Assembly: GCA_950097015.1 (NCBI GenBank)
Contig: CATNEN010000012.1
Span: forward strand, 434,001 to 498,000
Direction: 5' to 3'
From: Macrostomum hystrix
Taxonomy: Eukaryota; Animalia; Platyhelminthes
Length of the DNA stretch: 64,000 bases
How positions within the stretch are numbered: the first letter of the stretch is position 1; each line of letters opens with the position of its first letter. The translations under genes were made by a program, and so were the position numbers. The notes beneath the pieces were generated by a model, which was not told the DNA's origin, made no database searches, and saw only the letters and a program-made list of their open reading frames with translations. This document shows, piece after piece, positions 26,601-38,614 of the stretch.

Positions 26601-27572
26601 GCAGTCCACACACCATCCTTCTGTAGTTCACACCATCCTTCAGCAGTCCACACTCCCTCCTTCTGCAGTTCACACACCATCCTTCTGCAGTTCACACACT
26701 ATCCTTCTGCAGTTCACACACCATCCTTCTGCAGTTCACACACCATCCTTCTGCAGTCCACACCCCCTCCTTCTGCAGTTCACACACCATCCTTCTGCAG
26801 TTCACACACCATCCTTCTGCAGTTCACACCCCCTCCTTCTGCAGTCCACACACCTTTCCTTCTGCAGTCCACACACCATCCTTCTGCAGTCCACACACCA
26901 TCCTTCTGCAGTTCACACACCATCCTTCTGCAGTTCACACACCATCCTTCTGCAGTCCACACACCATCCTTCTGCAGTTCACACCCCCTCCTTCTGCAGT
27001 TCACACCCCATCCTTCTGCAGTCCACACCCCCTCCTTCTGCAGTTCACACCCCTCCTTCTGCAGTTCACACCCCCTCCTTCTGCAGTTCACACCCCTCCT
27101 TCTGCAGTTCACACCCCCTCCTTCTGCAGTTCACACCCCCTCCTTCTGCAGTTCACACCCCCTCCTTCTGCAGTTCACACCCCCTCCTTCTGTAGTTCAC
27201 ACCCCCTCCTTCTGTAGTTCACACCCCATCCTTCTGCAGTTCACACCCCATCCTTCTGCAGTTCACACCCGCCTCATCCCGCAGATGTGGCACTCGGTGG
27301 TGTCGGCGGCCCGTCAGCTGGAGCGCCGAGTCACAGCCGATTGGTGCCTGCCGTACAACCTGACCGACGCTCGCTGGCTGTGCGAGTTCTGCGGTGGCCC
27401 TGGCCCGGCCATTGTGAAGCTGGCTGAGGATCGCGGCGCCGACCTGCTGGTGATCGGTAGCCGCGGCCTCGGCACTTTGAGACGCACGGTGCTGGGCAGT
27501 GTGTCAGCCTACGTGGTGCATCACAGCAGCGTGCCCGTGGTTGTCGTGCCAAGCACCGTTCCGTGCTACTGA
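23671..27572 (+). CDS. Universal stress protein (UspA domain); exons 23671-23904 and 27285-27572, 173 aa
   Basis: [19 protein letters not shown]...VTFLHV and [47 protein letters not shown] (G-2x-G-9x-GS motif); phase-0 intron CAG|GTTTGT ... CCGCAG|ATG. Confidence 0.93.
23968..27270. repeat. 20-22-bp minisatellite CTTCTGCAGTTCACACACCATC filling USP intron
   Basis: Roughly 150 copies (array length / unit length). Confidence 0.97.
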
Positions 27573-28019
27573 CGGCAGTAGTGTGCATGGCGCATTTCTA
27601 TTGAAAACTTTGTAATTTTATAACGACACTTTTGGAGGCAGCTTCGACGTTTTTGAGATCGATATATAAAAAAAATATTTCACTCTGTGCTGCCATTTTT
27701 AATACGAGCCTCGTAAAGACTTGCACCAAATATAAATAAAAAAAATTGCATACGTTTCCATTGTTTTCTATATGCAATCCAAAAAATTTTGTTGGAACGA
27801 TTTCGACTTTTTTAATTTTTTGCTAGTTCGAAGTTGTGCTCTTTGTTTCATTGATGCATGTGTTCAGATTTCGAAATGAGAAACTTGGAACCAGCAGTTC
27901 TGCATTAAATAAATAACATGGAAACCCAGAACTTTCATTCCTGGAACAAAACAAGGAACCCTTAATCCTAGAATCACAGAAAAAAACACGCTGAATCCCT
28001 GATCCAAGAATCCCAGAAT

Positions 28020-28620
28020 ATCAAGGGGAATCTCCGTTACTAGAATCCCCGAACAGCTAGGGGAATCCCCGCCACTAGAGTCTCGGAATAGCAAGGGGAA
28101 TCCCCGTTACTAGAATTTTGCAATAGCAAGGGGAATCCCCGCCACTAGAGTCTCGGAATAGCAAGGGAATCCCCGTTACTAGAATTTTGCAATAGCAAGG
28201 GGAATCCCCGCTACTAGAATCTCGGAATTGCAAGGGGAATCCCCGTTACTAGAATTTTGGAATAGCAAGGGGAATCCACGTTTATAGAATCCTCAAATAG
28301 CTAGTGGAATCCCCGCCACTAGAATCTCGGAATAGCAAGGGGAATCCTAGTTACTAAAATCTTGAAATAGCAAGGGGAATCCTAGTTACTAAAATCTTGA
28401 AATAGCAAGGGGAATCCTAGTTACTAAAATCTTAAAATAGCAAGGGGAATCCTAGTTACTAAAATCTTGAAATAGCAAGGGGAATCCTAGTTACTAGAAT
28501 TTTGGAATAGCAAGGGAATCCCCGTTACTAGAATACGGGATAATCAAGTGGAATCCCCGTTACTAAAATCTTGAAATAGCAAGGGGAATCCTAGTTACTA
28601 GAATCCCAGATAAGCACGGT
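28020..28620. repeat. ~36-bp tandem repeat with GGGGAATCCCC core
   Basis: Unit ~AATAGCAAGGGGAATCCCCGTTACTAGAATCTTG, about 15 degenerate copies. Confidence 0.9.
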
Positions 28621-29371
28621 GAATCTCTGATCGTAAAATCCTAGAAAAACAAGGGCAATCCCCGGTCTAAGCGTCCCAGAGTTACACAGCAGCCATTGGT
28701 TCATCAAGATTATTAAAAAATGGAAACGACCGCGGAATCTCGCTTTATGTGGGGAACCCAGACTAGAAGAATAACAGATAAACACCTTGCTACTGGATCC
28801 CGACTTTGGTCATTCAAAAGATTATTTTAGTCCAAAGCAGGCAACAGTTTCGACTGTAAATTCACTTCTACAGTATATTACTTGCATGAATGACGAATAA
28901 GAAAGCAAGAAAGAAGGAAGAAACAGGGATAGGTAAATTAAAAAAAACTTCCAAAAAAGTTTTGACTGGCTAATTTGGGGAACAAAAAGCGAACGGATTC
29001 GGTTGGGGTAGCGTGTCAGAAGATAATTTTCCCAGCTGCGTATCGCCACTAACAGGAAGGAGACTTTAGCTTCCTATCCAAGTCCCGAATCCGGACCATT
29101 GTGGCTGCGTGGAGGCGGGAAAATGAAACAACGAATACAACATTGGTTTCCAAAAACTAATTTGAAATTCCCAACAAGCTGATGCGCTGGTTCAAGTCCT
29201 TAAAAAAGCAACAACCTCTCTGCATAGGTAACGAGTGCGCCTATCCGATTGTGAATATTTATTAGAATTTTGTCACAAAATAGCGGTCAAAGGCTACTGG
29301 ACACTCGCAAGCCTCTATCAAACAGCCTTCAGAGAGTTTCGCTTCTCACCAACAACCAAACAGTCGATTTC

Positions 29372-29424
29372 AAGGGCTCGACCAATCGGGCCTCGCGGGA
29401 CAGGCTGAGCAGGCTGTCATAAAT
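29372..29424 (+). promoter_or_regulatory. Putative core promoter of neuropeptide gene
   Basis: CCAAT at 29372 and TATA-like CATAAAT at 29418, about 100-150 bp upstream of ATG 29522. Confidence 0.4.
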
Positions 29425-29521
29425 ACTGATTAAGACCGCCACTTCAACTTGGCTGCCGATCTGAGTAAAGAAACTCCTGTAGCTTCGATTGCTCGCCCAG
29501 GCTGGCTATACGTTGGGCAAA

Positions 29522-30211
29522 ATGACAAGTCAATTTTTGCTTCTCCTGACTGCCACCATCGGCATTTTGGCGTCCATAGCAATCTGCGCTCCAGCTGATT
29601 TGGACGAAGCCAATCACACCACTGAGAACATGCTGGTGAGCTTGGAGGATAGTCTTGAAAAGAGGTTTAACGGTGGCATGTTCGGCAAGCGGTTCAACGG
29701 CGGCATGTTCGGCAAGCGGTTCAACGGTGGCATGTTCGGCAAGCGGTTCAACGGTGGCATGTTCGGCAAGCGGTTCAACGGTGGCATGTTCGGCAAGCGG
29801 TTCAACGGTGGCATGTTCGGCAAGCGGTTCAACGGCGGCATGTTCGGCAAGCGGTTCAACGGTGGCATGTTCGGCAAGCGGTTCAACGGTGGCATGTTCG
29901 GCAAACGGTTCAACGGCGGCATGTTCGGCAAGCGGTTCAACGGCGGCATGTTCGGCAAGCGGTTCAACGGCGGCATGTTCGGCAAGCGGTTCAACGGTGG
30001 CATGTTCGGCAAGCGGTTCAACGGTGGCATGTTCGGCAAGCGGTTCAACGGTGGCATGTTCGGCAAGCGGTTCAACGGTGGCATGTTCGGCAAGCGGTTC
30101 AACGGTGGCATGTTCGGCAAGCGATTCAACGGCGGCATGTTCGGCAAGAGGTTTGACGATATGACAGCCAATACTATCAGCTACAGCACACAAAATCCTT
30201 CTCAGGTGTGA
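29522..30211 (+). CDS. Neuropeptide precursor with 18 copies of FNGGMF-amide, 229 aa
   Basis: Signal peptide MTSQFLLLLTATIGILASIAICA, acidic spacer, then KR-(FNGGMFG-KR)x18 (dibasic cleavage plus Gly amide donor); differences among the 27-bp units are synonymous. Confidence 0.93.
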   Translation: MTSQFLLLLTATIGILASIAICAPADLDEANHTTENMLVSLEDSLEKRFNGGMFGKRFNGGMFGKRFNGGMFGKRFNGGMFGKRFNGGMFGKRFNGGMFGKRFNGGMFGKRFNGGMFGKRFNGGMFGKRFNGGMFGKRFNGGMFGKRFNGGMFGKRFNGGMFGKRFNGGMFGKRFNGGMFGKRFNGGMFGKRFNGGMFGKRFNGGMFGKRFDDMTANTISYSTQNPSQV

Positions 30212-30611
30212 GGCCATCAGTCGAGGTATCAGAGACAATACAGGTTGATGTTGGACTCAGTTCTGGACCTTATCAACCTACTCAGCTGTACTAATCCTGA
30301 GGACTGTGTTCTAAGCCATTGTCGCATCAGTTATCCAAGCCCCTCCTTGGCGGAACATAATTTGTTCCTATTTGTAAGAACCTGTGGGCGCCTAAATATA
30401 CAATCCAGATGCATCGCACTTTGCTGGGCGGATGTCTCGAAATGCACTTAAATATAGCAGGAATATGTCAAAACAGATGCGATGCGCATGCGTCTCGATA
30501 CTGATTGCTCTTTGTGTTAAAAATATCGCCGATCGTCTGCGAGCGTACTACGATCGTACCAGTCTAGGAAATCCCATGGGAATAGAAGGCCTATTGGAAT
30601 ATTTTTCAGTT

Positions 30612-30840
30612 GTTGTGTAGCCTAGAGGTTAGAGCGTCGGACTCACGATTTGAAGTTCAGAGGTTCGATTCCTGACTTCACTAGAACAATTTGTGTCCTT
30701 TAGCAAGACGCTCAACTCTGCAATGCTTTAGTTCACTCATCAGCTGGGGTAATTAAGGTTAGGTGTGGCGTCCGTCCAGTTCATGGACTGAGCAGCCGTA
30801 TGCAGCCTTCAGATGCGCCGTGCAATAGCTGCGGCTCGAG
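30612..30840 (+). mobile_element. tRNA-derived SINE with CORE-like central domain (internal deletion)
   Basis: A-box-like TAGCCTAGAGG and B-box GGTTCGATTCC, then TTGTGTCCTTTAGCAAGACGCTCAACTCT; homologous to 40326-40589. Confidence 0.8.
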
Positions 30841-30869
30841 CTACTAGTCCAGCTGCGTCTTCTGTTATG

Positions 30870-32845
30870 GTTTTAGCTTCAGTTTCTGCTGTGATTCAAG
30901 CCACTAGTTCTGCTGTGATTCAAGCCATTAGTTCTGCTGTGATTCAAGCCACTAGTTCTGCTGTGATTCAAGCCACTAGTTCTGCTGTGATTCGAGCCAT
31001 TAGTTCTGCTGTGATTCAAGTCATTAGTTCTGCTGTGATTCAAGTCATTAGTTCTGCTGTGATTCAAGCCATTAGTTCTGCTGTGATTCAAGCCACTAGT
31101 TCTGCTGTGATTCAAGCCACTAGTTCTGCTGTGATTCAAGCCATTAGTTCTGCTGTGATTCAAGCCATTAGTTCTGCTGTGATTCGAGCCATTAGTTCTG
31201 CTGTGATTCAAGTCATTAGTTCTGCTGTGATTCAAGTCATTAGTTCTGCTGTGATTCAAGCCACTAGTTCTGCTGTGATTCAAGCCATTAGTTCTGCTGT
31301 GATTCAAGCCATTAGTTCTGCTATGATTCAAGCCATTAGTTCTGCTGTGATTCAAGCCACTAGTTCTGCTGTGATTCAAGCCATTAGTTCTGCTGTGATT
31401 CAAGCCATTAGTTCTGCTGTGATTCAAGCCACTAGTTCTGCTGTGATTCAAGCCACTAGTTCTGCTGTGATTCAAGCCATTAGTTCTGCTGTGATTCAAG
31501 CCATTAGTTCTGCTGTGATTCAAGCCATTAGTTCTGCTGTGATTCAAGCCACTAGTTCTGCTGTGATTCAAGCCATTAGTTCTGCTGTGATTCAAGCCAT
31601 TAGTTCTGCTATGATTCAAGCCATTAGTTCTGCTGTGATTCAAGCCATTAGTTCTGCTGTGATTCAAGCCATTAGTTCTGCTGTGATTCAAGCCATTAGT
31701 TCTGCTGTGATTCAAGCCATTAGTTCTGCTGTGATTCAAGCCACTAGTTCTGCTGTGATTCAAGCCATTAGTTCTGCTGTGATTCAAGCCATTAGTTCTG
31801 CTATGATTCAAGCCATTAGTTCTGCTGTGATTCAAGCCACTAGTTCTGCTGTGATTCAAGCCACTAGTTCTGCTGTGATTCAAGCCATTAGTTCTGCTGT
31901 GATTCAAGCCACTAGTTCTGCTGTGATTCAAGCCACTAGTTCTGCTGTGATTCAAGCCATTAGTTCTGCTGTGATTCAAGCCATTAGTTCTGCTTTGATT
32001 CAAGCCATTAGTTCTGCTGTGATTCAAGCCACTAGTTCTGCTGTGATTCAAGCCATTAGTTCTGCTGTGGTTTAAGTCATTAGTTCTGCTGTGGTTTAAG
32101 TCATTAGTTCTGCTGTGATTCAAGCCATTAGTTCTGCTGTGATTCAAGTCATTAGTTCTGCTGTGATTCAAGTCATTAGTTCTGCTGTGATTCAAGCCAC
32201 TAGTTCTGCTGTGATTCAAGCCATTAGTTCTGCTGTGATTCAAGCCATTAGTTCTGCTATGATTCAAGCCATTAGTTCTGCTGTGATTCAAGCCACTAGT
32301 TCTGCTGTGATTCAAGCCACTAGTTCTGCTGTGATTCAAGCCATTAGTTCTGCTGTGATTCAAGCCATTAGTTCTGCTGTGATTCAAGCCATTAGTTCTG
32401 CTGTGATTCAAGCCATTAGTTCTGCTGTGATTCAAGCCATTAGTTCTGCTGTGATTCAAGCCATTAGTTCTGCTGTGATTCAAGCCACTAGTTCTGCTGT
32501 GATTCAAGCCATTAGTTCTGCTGTGATTCAAGCCATTAGTTCTGCTGTGATTCAAGCCATTAGTTCTGCTGTGATTCAAGCCATTAGTTCTGCTGTGATT
32601 CAAGCCATTAGTTCTGCTGTGATTCAAGCCATTAGTTCTGCTGTGATTCAAGCCACTAGTTCTGCTGTGATTCAAGCCATTAGTTCTGCTGTGATTCAAG
32701 CCATTAGTTCTGCTGTGATTCAAGCCATTAGTTCTGCTGTGATTCAAGTCATTAGTTCTGCTGTGATTCGAGTCATTAGTTCTGCTGTGATTCAAGCCAC
32801 TAGTTCTGCTGTGATTCAAGTCGTTAGTTCTGCTGTGATTACTGC
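30870..32845. repeat. 24-bp minisatellite GTTCTGCTGTGATTCAAGCCATTA
   Basis: About 82 copies, beginning just after the SINE. Confidence 0.97.
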
Positions 32846-34281
32846 TGCCGCATTCAACGCAGCTTGACACATGTTGATATGGACACTGCTCTGATCCTAG
32901 CTACATCTCCTGCTGACTTGCTGTGGTTGTCTCTCTTTGTGCCTCTAGTTTCGGCTTTGATTTCAAGTGCAACAAGTGTCAGTATTTGAAGGATTTATTG
33001 AATTTAAATCATCCTGCTCGATAGCAATCCGCTCCACTGCCAAAGTGTTGTGACATTGCATTCGCATACCCTCAGTAATATTGAGGCCACAGGTTTCGTA
33101 CCCCAGACAGTGCTAAGAAATCTGCAGCTATTCTAAAAATTTAGAGTAGTGCAAGACTATTCCCATGGCAGTCTTTCATTTCAAAGCGTCAGTCAAGACA
33201 AGCCCAACCCTGCCCCAGTCCTGGCGGTGTTAGCGGCATCAGATTCCAGCAGAGTATTGATATAACGGGGGAAAATCGAGAAAATCGAACCAAAGCAGTG
33301 GCGTGTTTCTATAATAGAATGACGCACTGTGCAGATTGCAGATACAAGAGGGGCGCAGAAACTGAGTTTAGTAGAGAAGCAGACAGAACTCAGAAGACTC
33401 AGCACCTGCATTGCCTCATGAGTATGTTTTCATAAACTGTCTTCTATCTTTGCTAGATTATTAGAGGAAAAGTTTACTCATAAGCCGGGTATGCTACCAA
33501 TGACTGAGCAGCTTCTAACTCATAGCATCGTAGCGCATATTTCTCATAAAGGCCAATAAGTCCGAGGGCCAGGAATAGCTATTGCCAACTTTAATCCCGG
33601 CTTTTAACATCCCAAGGCGGCAAGGAAAGAGGGTGAAGCCACTACTTCACAGGCGTAATTGTGACTGCCTCCCTTAACTCGTATCTCTATAGTTCTCACT
33701 TTGAGCAGGCCAGCCAGCGAGTGAGTCAGGGCGGGGCCAAGTTTCCCATGGGGGATGTCGGTTCCAGGAGGGGAGGTGACTCAAATGAAATAATGTTGGG
33801 ATATTTTTCCCCACTGCAGCTAGGCAAAGTGAAACAAAAGACAAAAGAGAATTTTTATCCCGTAGATAAAAGGTAAGAACATACAGAAATGAAGGAAACC
33901 AAAAAACACAGACAGGAGTGTTTTTGAATAGGGATGTTCAGCCAATGAGCCCTATTGGACAAGTTCAGAATGTTTCAATCTTGTTTCATTATTATTTGAC
34001 GCAGAAACACTGGCGAGTTGTTAGTTGACGCAACACAAATGTATCTGTTGAATATAATTGGCTACCAACGGCTATCATCCTTTATCTGCCTATTTTTATC
34101 AACTGAGAGCTATATAAGAATTTTATTTCTAGAAACCTGGTTGGGGTGCTATGAAAAAAGCACAAGAAATAATTTGTTAGCATTCTATTTTAACTACTAA
34201 GGGCACACAGATGGGCGGGGATTACTATCGCTACTACTTATTAGCGTCTTTTGCGTCAGTAGTATGCAGTGCTAAGTCGGC

Positions 34282-36178
34282 TCAAAGCTTGCTAAGGAGA
34301 CCAGTGCCGGGATTGTAGTTCTTGTTGGGCGCCTCGCGATTCTCTGGCGTGTTGGGCATCGAGCTCAGGTCTGGCTTGTCCGGATCGCCCCGCGGGAAGT
34401 ACAGGCTGATCACCTCCATGGTCCACTCGTCTCTAGGCGGAATCTTCTCGTCAAGCGTCGTCAGATAGGCCTTGGCGGCGTCTCGCACACCTGTTAGGAT
34501 GGTCTGGCTCTTGGCCAGCACCTCGCCCTGGCGCTTCTGCTGCTCATCAATAAGACCGTGCCAGTTCTCCGCGTCGCTGGGGTACGGCACCTGCGAGCGG
34601 CAGCGGGAACGGTTTGAGATTCGGTGAAATCAAGACAACTCTATTGGGGTTCTAACCTGACCTGACTTATTCTAACCTGACTTAACTGTACAATAACCAG
34701 ACTCAACTGTACAATAACCAGACTCAACTGTACAATAACCAGGCTTAACTGTACAATAACCAGACTCAACTGTACAATAACCAGACTCAACTGTACAATA
34801 ACCAGACTCAACTGTACAATAACCAGACTCAACTGTACAATAACCAGACTCAACTGTACAATAACCAGACTCAACTGTACAATAACCAGACTCAACTGTA
34901 CAATAACCAGACTCAACTGTACAATAACCAGACTCAACTGTACAATAACCAGACTCAACTGTACAATAACCAGACTCAACTGTACAATAACCAGGCTTAA
35001 CTGTACAATAACCAGACTCAACTGTACAATAACCAGGCTTAACTGTACAATAACCAGACTCAACTGTACAATAACCAGACTCAACTGTACAATAACCAGG
35101 CTTAACTGTACAATAACCAGACTCAACTGTACAATAACCAGACTCAACTGTACAATAACCAGACTCAACTGTACAATAACCAGACTCAACTGTACAATAA
35201 CCAGACTCAACTGTACAATAACCAGGCTTAACTGTACAATAACCAGACTCAACTGTACAATAACCAGGCTTAACTGTACAATAACCAGACTCAACTGTAC
35301 AATAACCAGACTCAACTGTTCAATAACCAGACTCAACTGTACAATAACCAGACTCAACTGTACAATAACCAGGCTTAACTGTACAATAACCAGGCTTAAC
35401 TGTACAATAACCAGACTCAACTGTACAATAACCAGGCTTAACTGTACAATAACCAGACTCAACTGTACAATAACCAGACTCAACTGTTCAATAACCAGAC
35501 TCAACTGTACAATAACCAGACTCAACTGTACAATAACCAGACTCAACTGTACAATAACCAGACTCAACTGTACAATAACCAGGCTTAACTGTACAATAAC
35601 CAGACTCAACTGTACAATAACCAGACTCAACTGTACAATAACCAGACTCAACTGTACAAAAACCAGACTCAACTGTACAATAACCAGACTCAACTGTACA
35701 ATAACCAGACTCAACTGTACAATAACCAGACTCAACTGTACAATAACCAGACTCAACTGTACAATAACCAGACTCAACTGTACAATAACCAGACTCAACT
35801 GTACAATAACCAGACTCAACTGTACAATAACCAGACTCAACTGTACAATAACCAGACTCAACTGTACAATAACCACACTCAACTGTACTCAAACTCTAAA
35901 GTAGGAGTACAAGCTAAAGCCAGAAAGCACATAAAACTAACCTTAAGCGCTTCGTACTCTTTGCGGAACTTGTCAACCAGGCCTGGACTAGGCACAGTCT
36001 TGCCAAACCGGGCCCAGTCGATGGCGGGCTTGTCAGCAGGCAGGCTGTTCACTCTGGTTACCAGACTTTCGCAGCGTGAGCGCACAGAGCGCATGACATC
36101 AATCTGCTCGGCTGGTGTGTGTTGGGCTAGCCTGGCCCAGTTCACAGCCGATGAACTGACTCGCTTGGCAGCGCACAT
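34282..36178 (-). CDS. ATP5PD: Mitochondrial ATP synthase subunit d; exons 36178-35942 and 34590-34282, 181 aa
   Basis: AVNWARL...LP..KPAIDW...PGLVDKFRKEYEALK|VPYP and PP.DEWTME...FP match ATP5H family motifs; phase-0 intron AAG|GTTAGT ... CTCGCAG|GTG. Confidence 0.92.
34685..35885. repeat. 21-bp minisatellite AACTGTACAATAACCAGACTC in ATP5PD intron
   Basis: About 57 copies with two main variants. Confidence 0.97.
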
Positions 36179-37404
36179 TTATAAGATGCCAGGCTGTAAA
36201 TGTGAAACTCACATATATTGAAATGCACTTCCTTTAAGGACAGCAGTCATTTTAGGTAAAAAAACAAGTATGCAGCATTGTAAATATGGAGTGCTTTTAA
36301 ATGTTTGATCAAATTTGCATTTGAAAAAGCATTCTGTATATTATAAGTTTAATATAGAGATTTTTAAATAACAAAACATTTCTAATTCAAGCATTTATGT
36401 TATGTTCCACTGAGTATATTTGACTTGAATATTTACAGTTTACTATTTTACTAGTCAGTAACTATTACAAATAACAATAGCATTTTTAGTTTAAAGATGA
36501 ACTAGCCAATGTAAATTAAATTTGAATGTTGACTCTCAACATACACATTGATATATTTGCCTGTGGAAATCAAATCTATAAAAAATTAAAACTAGGCACT
36601 CTATGAGAATTATGATAGCAAAGATTGAAAATGAGATAGTTATGCTTAAACCATAATTATGATCAATGGTTAATCAAGAAAGTTAAAATTAGAACAAAAA
36701 CCATTTAAAGCCTTAGGAATATGGAAGTTGGAAAGTCTGTCTAATATTTGTTGAAAGTAGGAAACCTACTAAATATAGATATATATATATATACATGTTG
36801 TAGCTAAATAAAGATTTTCAAAACAAAAGTGAACAATTTTGCATTTTTATTTCTTTATAGCCACCCAAGATACAAGCACATATAATAATGTTTATATTAT
36901 ATAATAGCTAATATTTAAATATAGATGCCATAATATAAAAACAATTAGGACTATATTTTAAGGAAAAAAGTGTAACTAGTGGCTTTTCTTGCCCTATAAA
37001 ATATAGGTTGGATGAGATCCTAATTGCAAGCCTAAAAACCCACAATCCCAATACAAACAACATGAATTTTGGCATATCAATCACAATTAGGAGAAATCTC
37101 ATATTGTAAAGTAAAGGTAGATGTGAACTAGATTCTGAAACATGAAGCCTAAGCTATAAGTTTAAGCCCTCAATAGCTTGCATTTGTAAATCCTTTAGGG
37201 GGGATCTAAAGAATAAATCCTTTATTCTGCATCTGTACCCAAACCACAACCCTTTCAGCTTAATCTGCACAATGGCCGGCCGCCCAGCTGCCCCGACATT
37301 TATTGTCCCACCTAATCAACTGGTCAATGCTGCCAACTTGCTGAATTATACCAAAAGAAATTTTGGTATTCGGGAGATGGTGGAGGCAAGTTGACATAAC
37401 AACC

Positions 37405-38064
37405 ATGAGGTGGATGGCGAAACATCACCTCATTGCCAACCAAGCCACATGTGCACGATGCGATGTGGACATGCGCCTGCAGCGGTACCAAGGGGCAATG
37501 TACGTCGACGGCTACGCCTAGGACTGTCGGCAGTGTCGGGCGCAGCACTCAATCTCACGTGGCTCATTTTTCGCCAATTCACACCTGCAACTGGCCCAGG
37601 TGTTAGAGCTGACATGACGAAGTGAGACATCCACTTTTAAAATGGTGCCAATGATGCGGAATGATGAATGGGAGTTTTCTATGGCCCATAATAGCCATGT
37701 AGAGTTGTTTGGGGCACAGAAATTCGGCTGAGTTTTATTGAGCCCTCACTATATAGTTTGGATTTTATAGCCTTTCGAGACTCTTCTGATTTGCAAATGG
37801 CTGGGCAGCCCCCAAGACCATCATGGATTGTGCCACCAAATGAAGTTCTGCCGACACAGGCACTGATGGAACTAAATATGAATTCAAGGGATCTGATGGA
37901 AGTGACGGCAAGTAAGGCCTACTGACGAGACTATGTGGCATGGCACTAGCGATGCCCTCTTTGAATTGCACATCCAAGAGTATCTATGGCAACGCTGTCA
38001 CCCAGGGCCTGCCAAGGCTTTTGGCAGCATTCTGTACTGGATTCGTCATTATTACCCAGTTTAG
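37405..38064 (+). mobile_element. Merlin (IS1016/IS1595-related) transposase relic
   Basis: MRWMAKHHLIANQATCARCDVDMRL...DGYA*DCRQCRAQHSISRGSFFANSHL (zinc ribbon plus RxGSFF) and C-terminal GTSDALFELHIQEYLWQR...AFGSILYWIRHYYPV*; in-frame stops and frameshifts. Confidence 0.68.
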
Positions 38065-38614
38065 GAATCTGAGACAGTCAGGACTGCATTGAACTGAACT
38101 GAGCAATGCTCAGTGCCATTTAAAAATGTTTCCCACCAGTTGTGTTACCAGTTGACGTTATCCGCTTCATTGTTTAACATTTTAAAAGAAGAAAATAATT
38201 TCGCGAACAAAAGAAAATTTACACCACAATAATATATAATTCAAGGGAATAACAAGGGAATTCAAGGGAAGGTGAAAGGGAATATATATATATATATGCT
38301 TAACTAGTTAGGTTACTTAGCTATACAGGTATTTACATTTATCTATTTTTTACAAGTTATGAAATGAAATATGTGAAACAAACTGCAGCAAGGCCTAAAA
38401 CGAATAATATTGCTCAGATGTAAAAAAACTATTTTTCTGTACTTTAGGCTAAGCGTCAAAGATGCCAAAAAACCACAGAAGCTTAAAACGAATCGATATA
38501 GATTTCTTACTTGGCTTACTATTAGACGTCTAAGGTTATATCGCTTCGTATAAATCATTTATAGATATTTGTAGCATTCAGTACTACTTGATATATAGGT
38601 AAAATTAGTTGAAC

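Noticed and set aside
30612-30690. Possible tRNA gene (also 40515-40589)
   Set aside because: A and B boxes present but the acceptor stem does not pair cleanly, and both copies continue into a shared non-tRNA body, i.e. SINE heads.
34641-35882. 413-aa 'VIVQLSL' ORF
   Set aside because: Lies inside the ATP5PD intron and is a pure 21-bp repeat translation.
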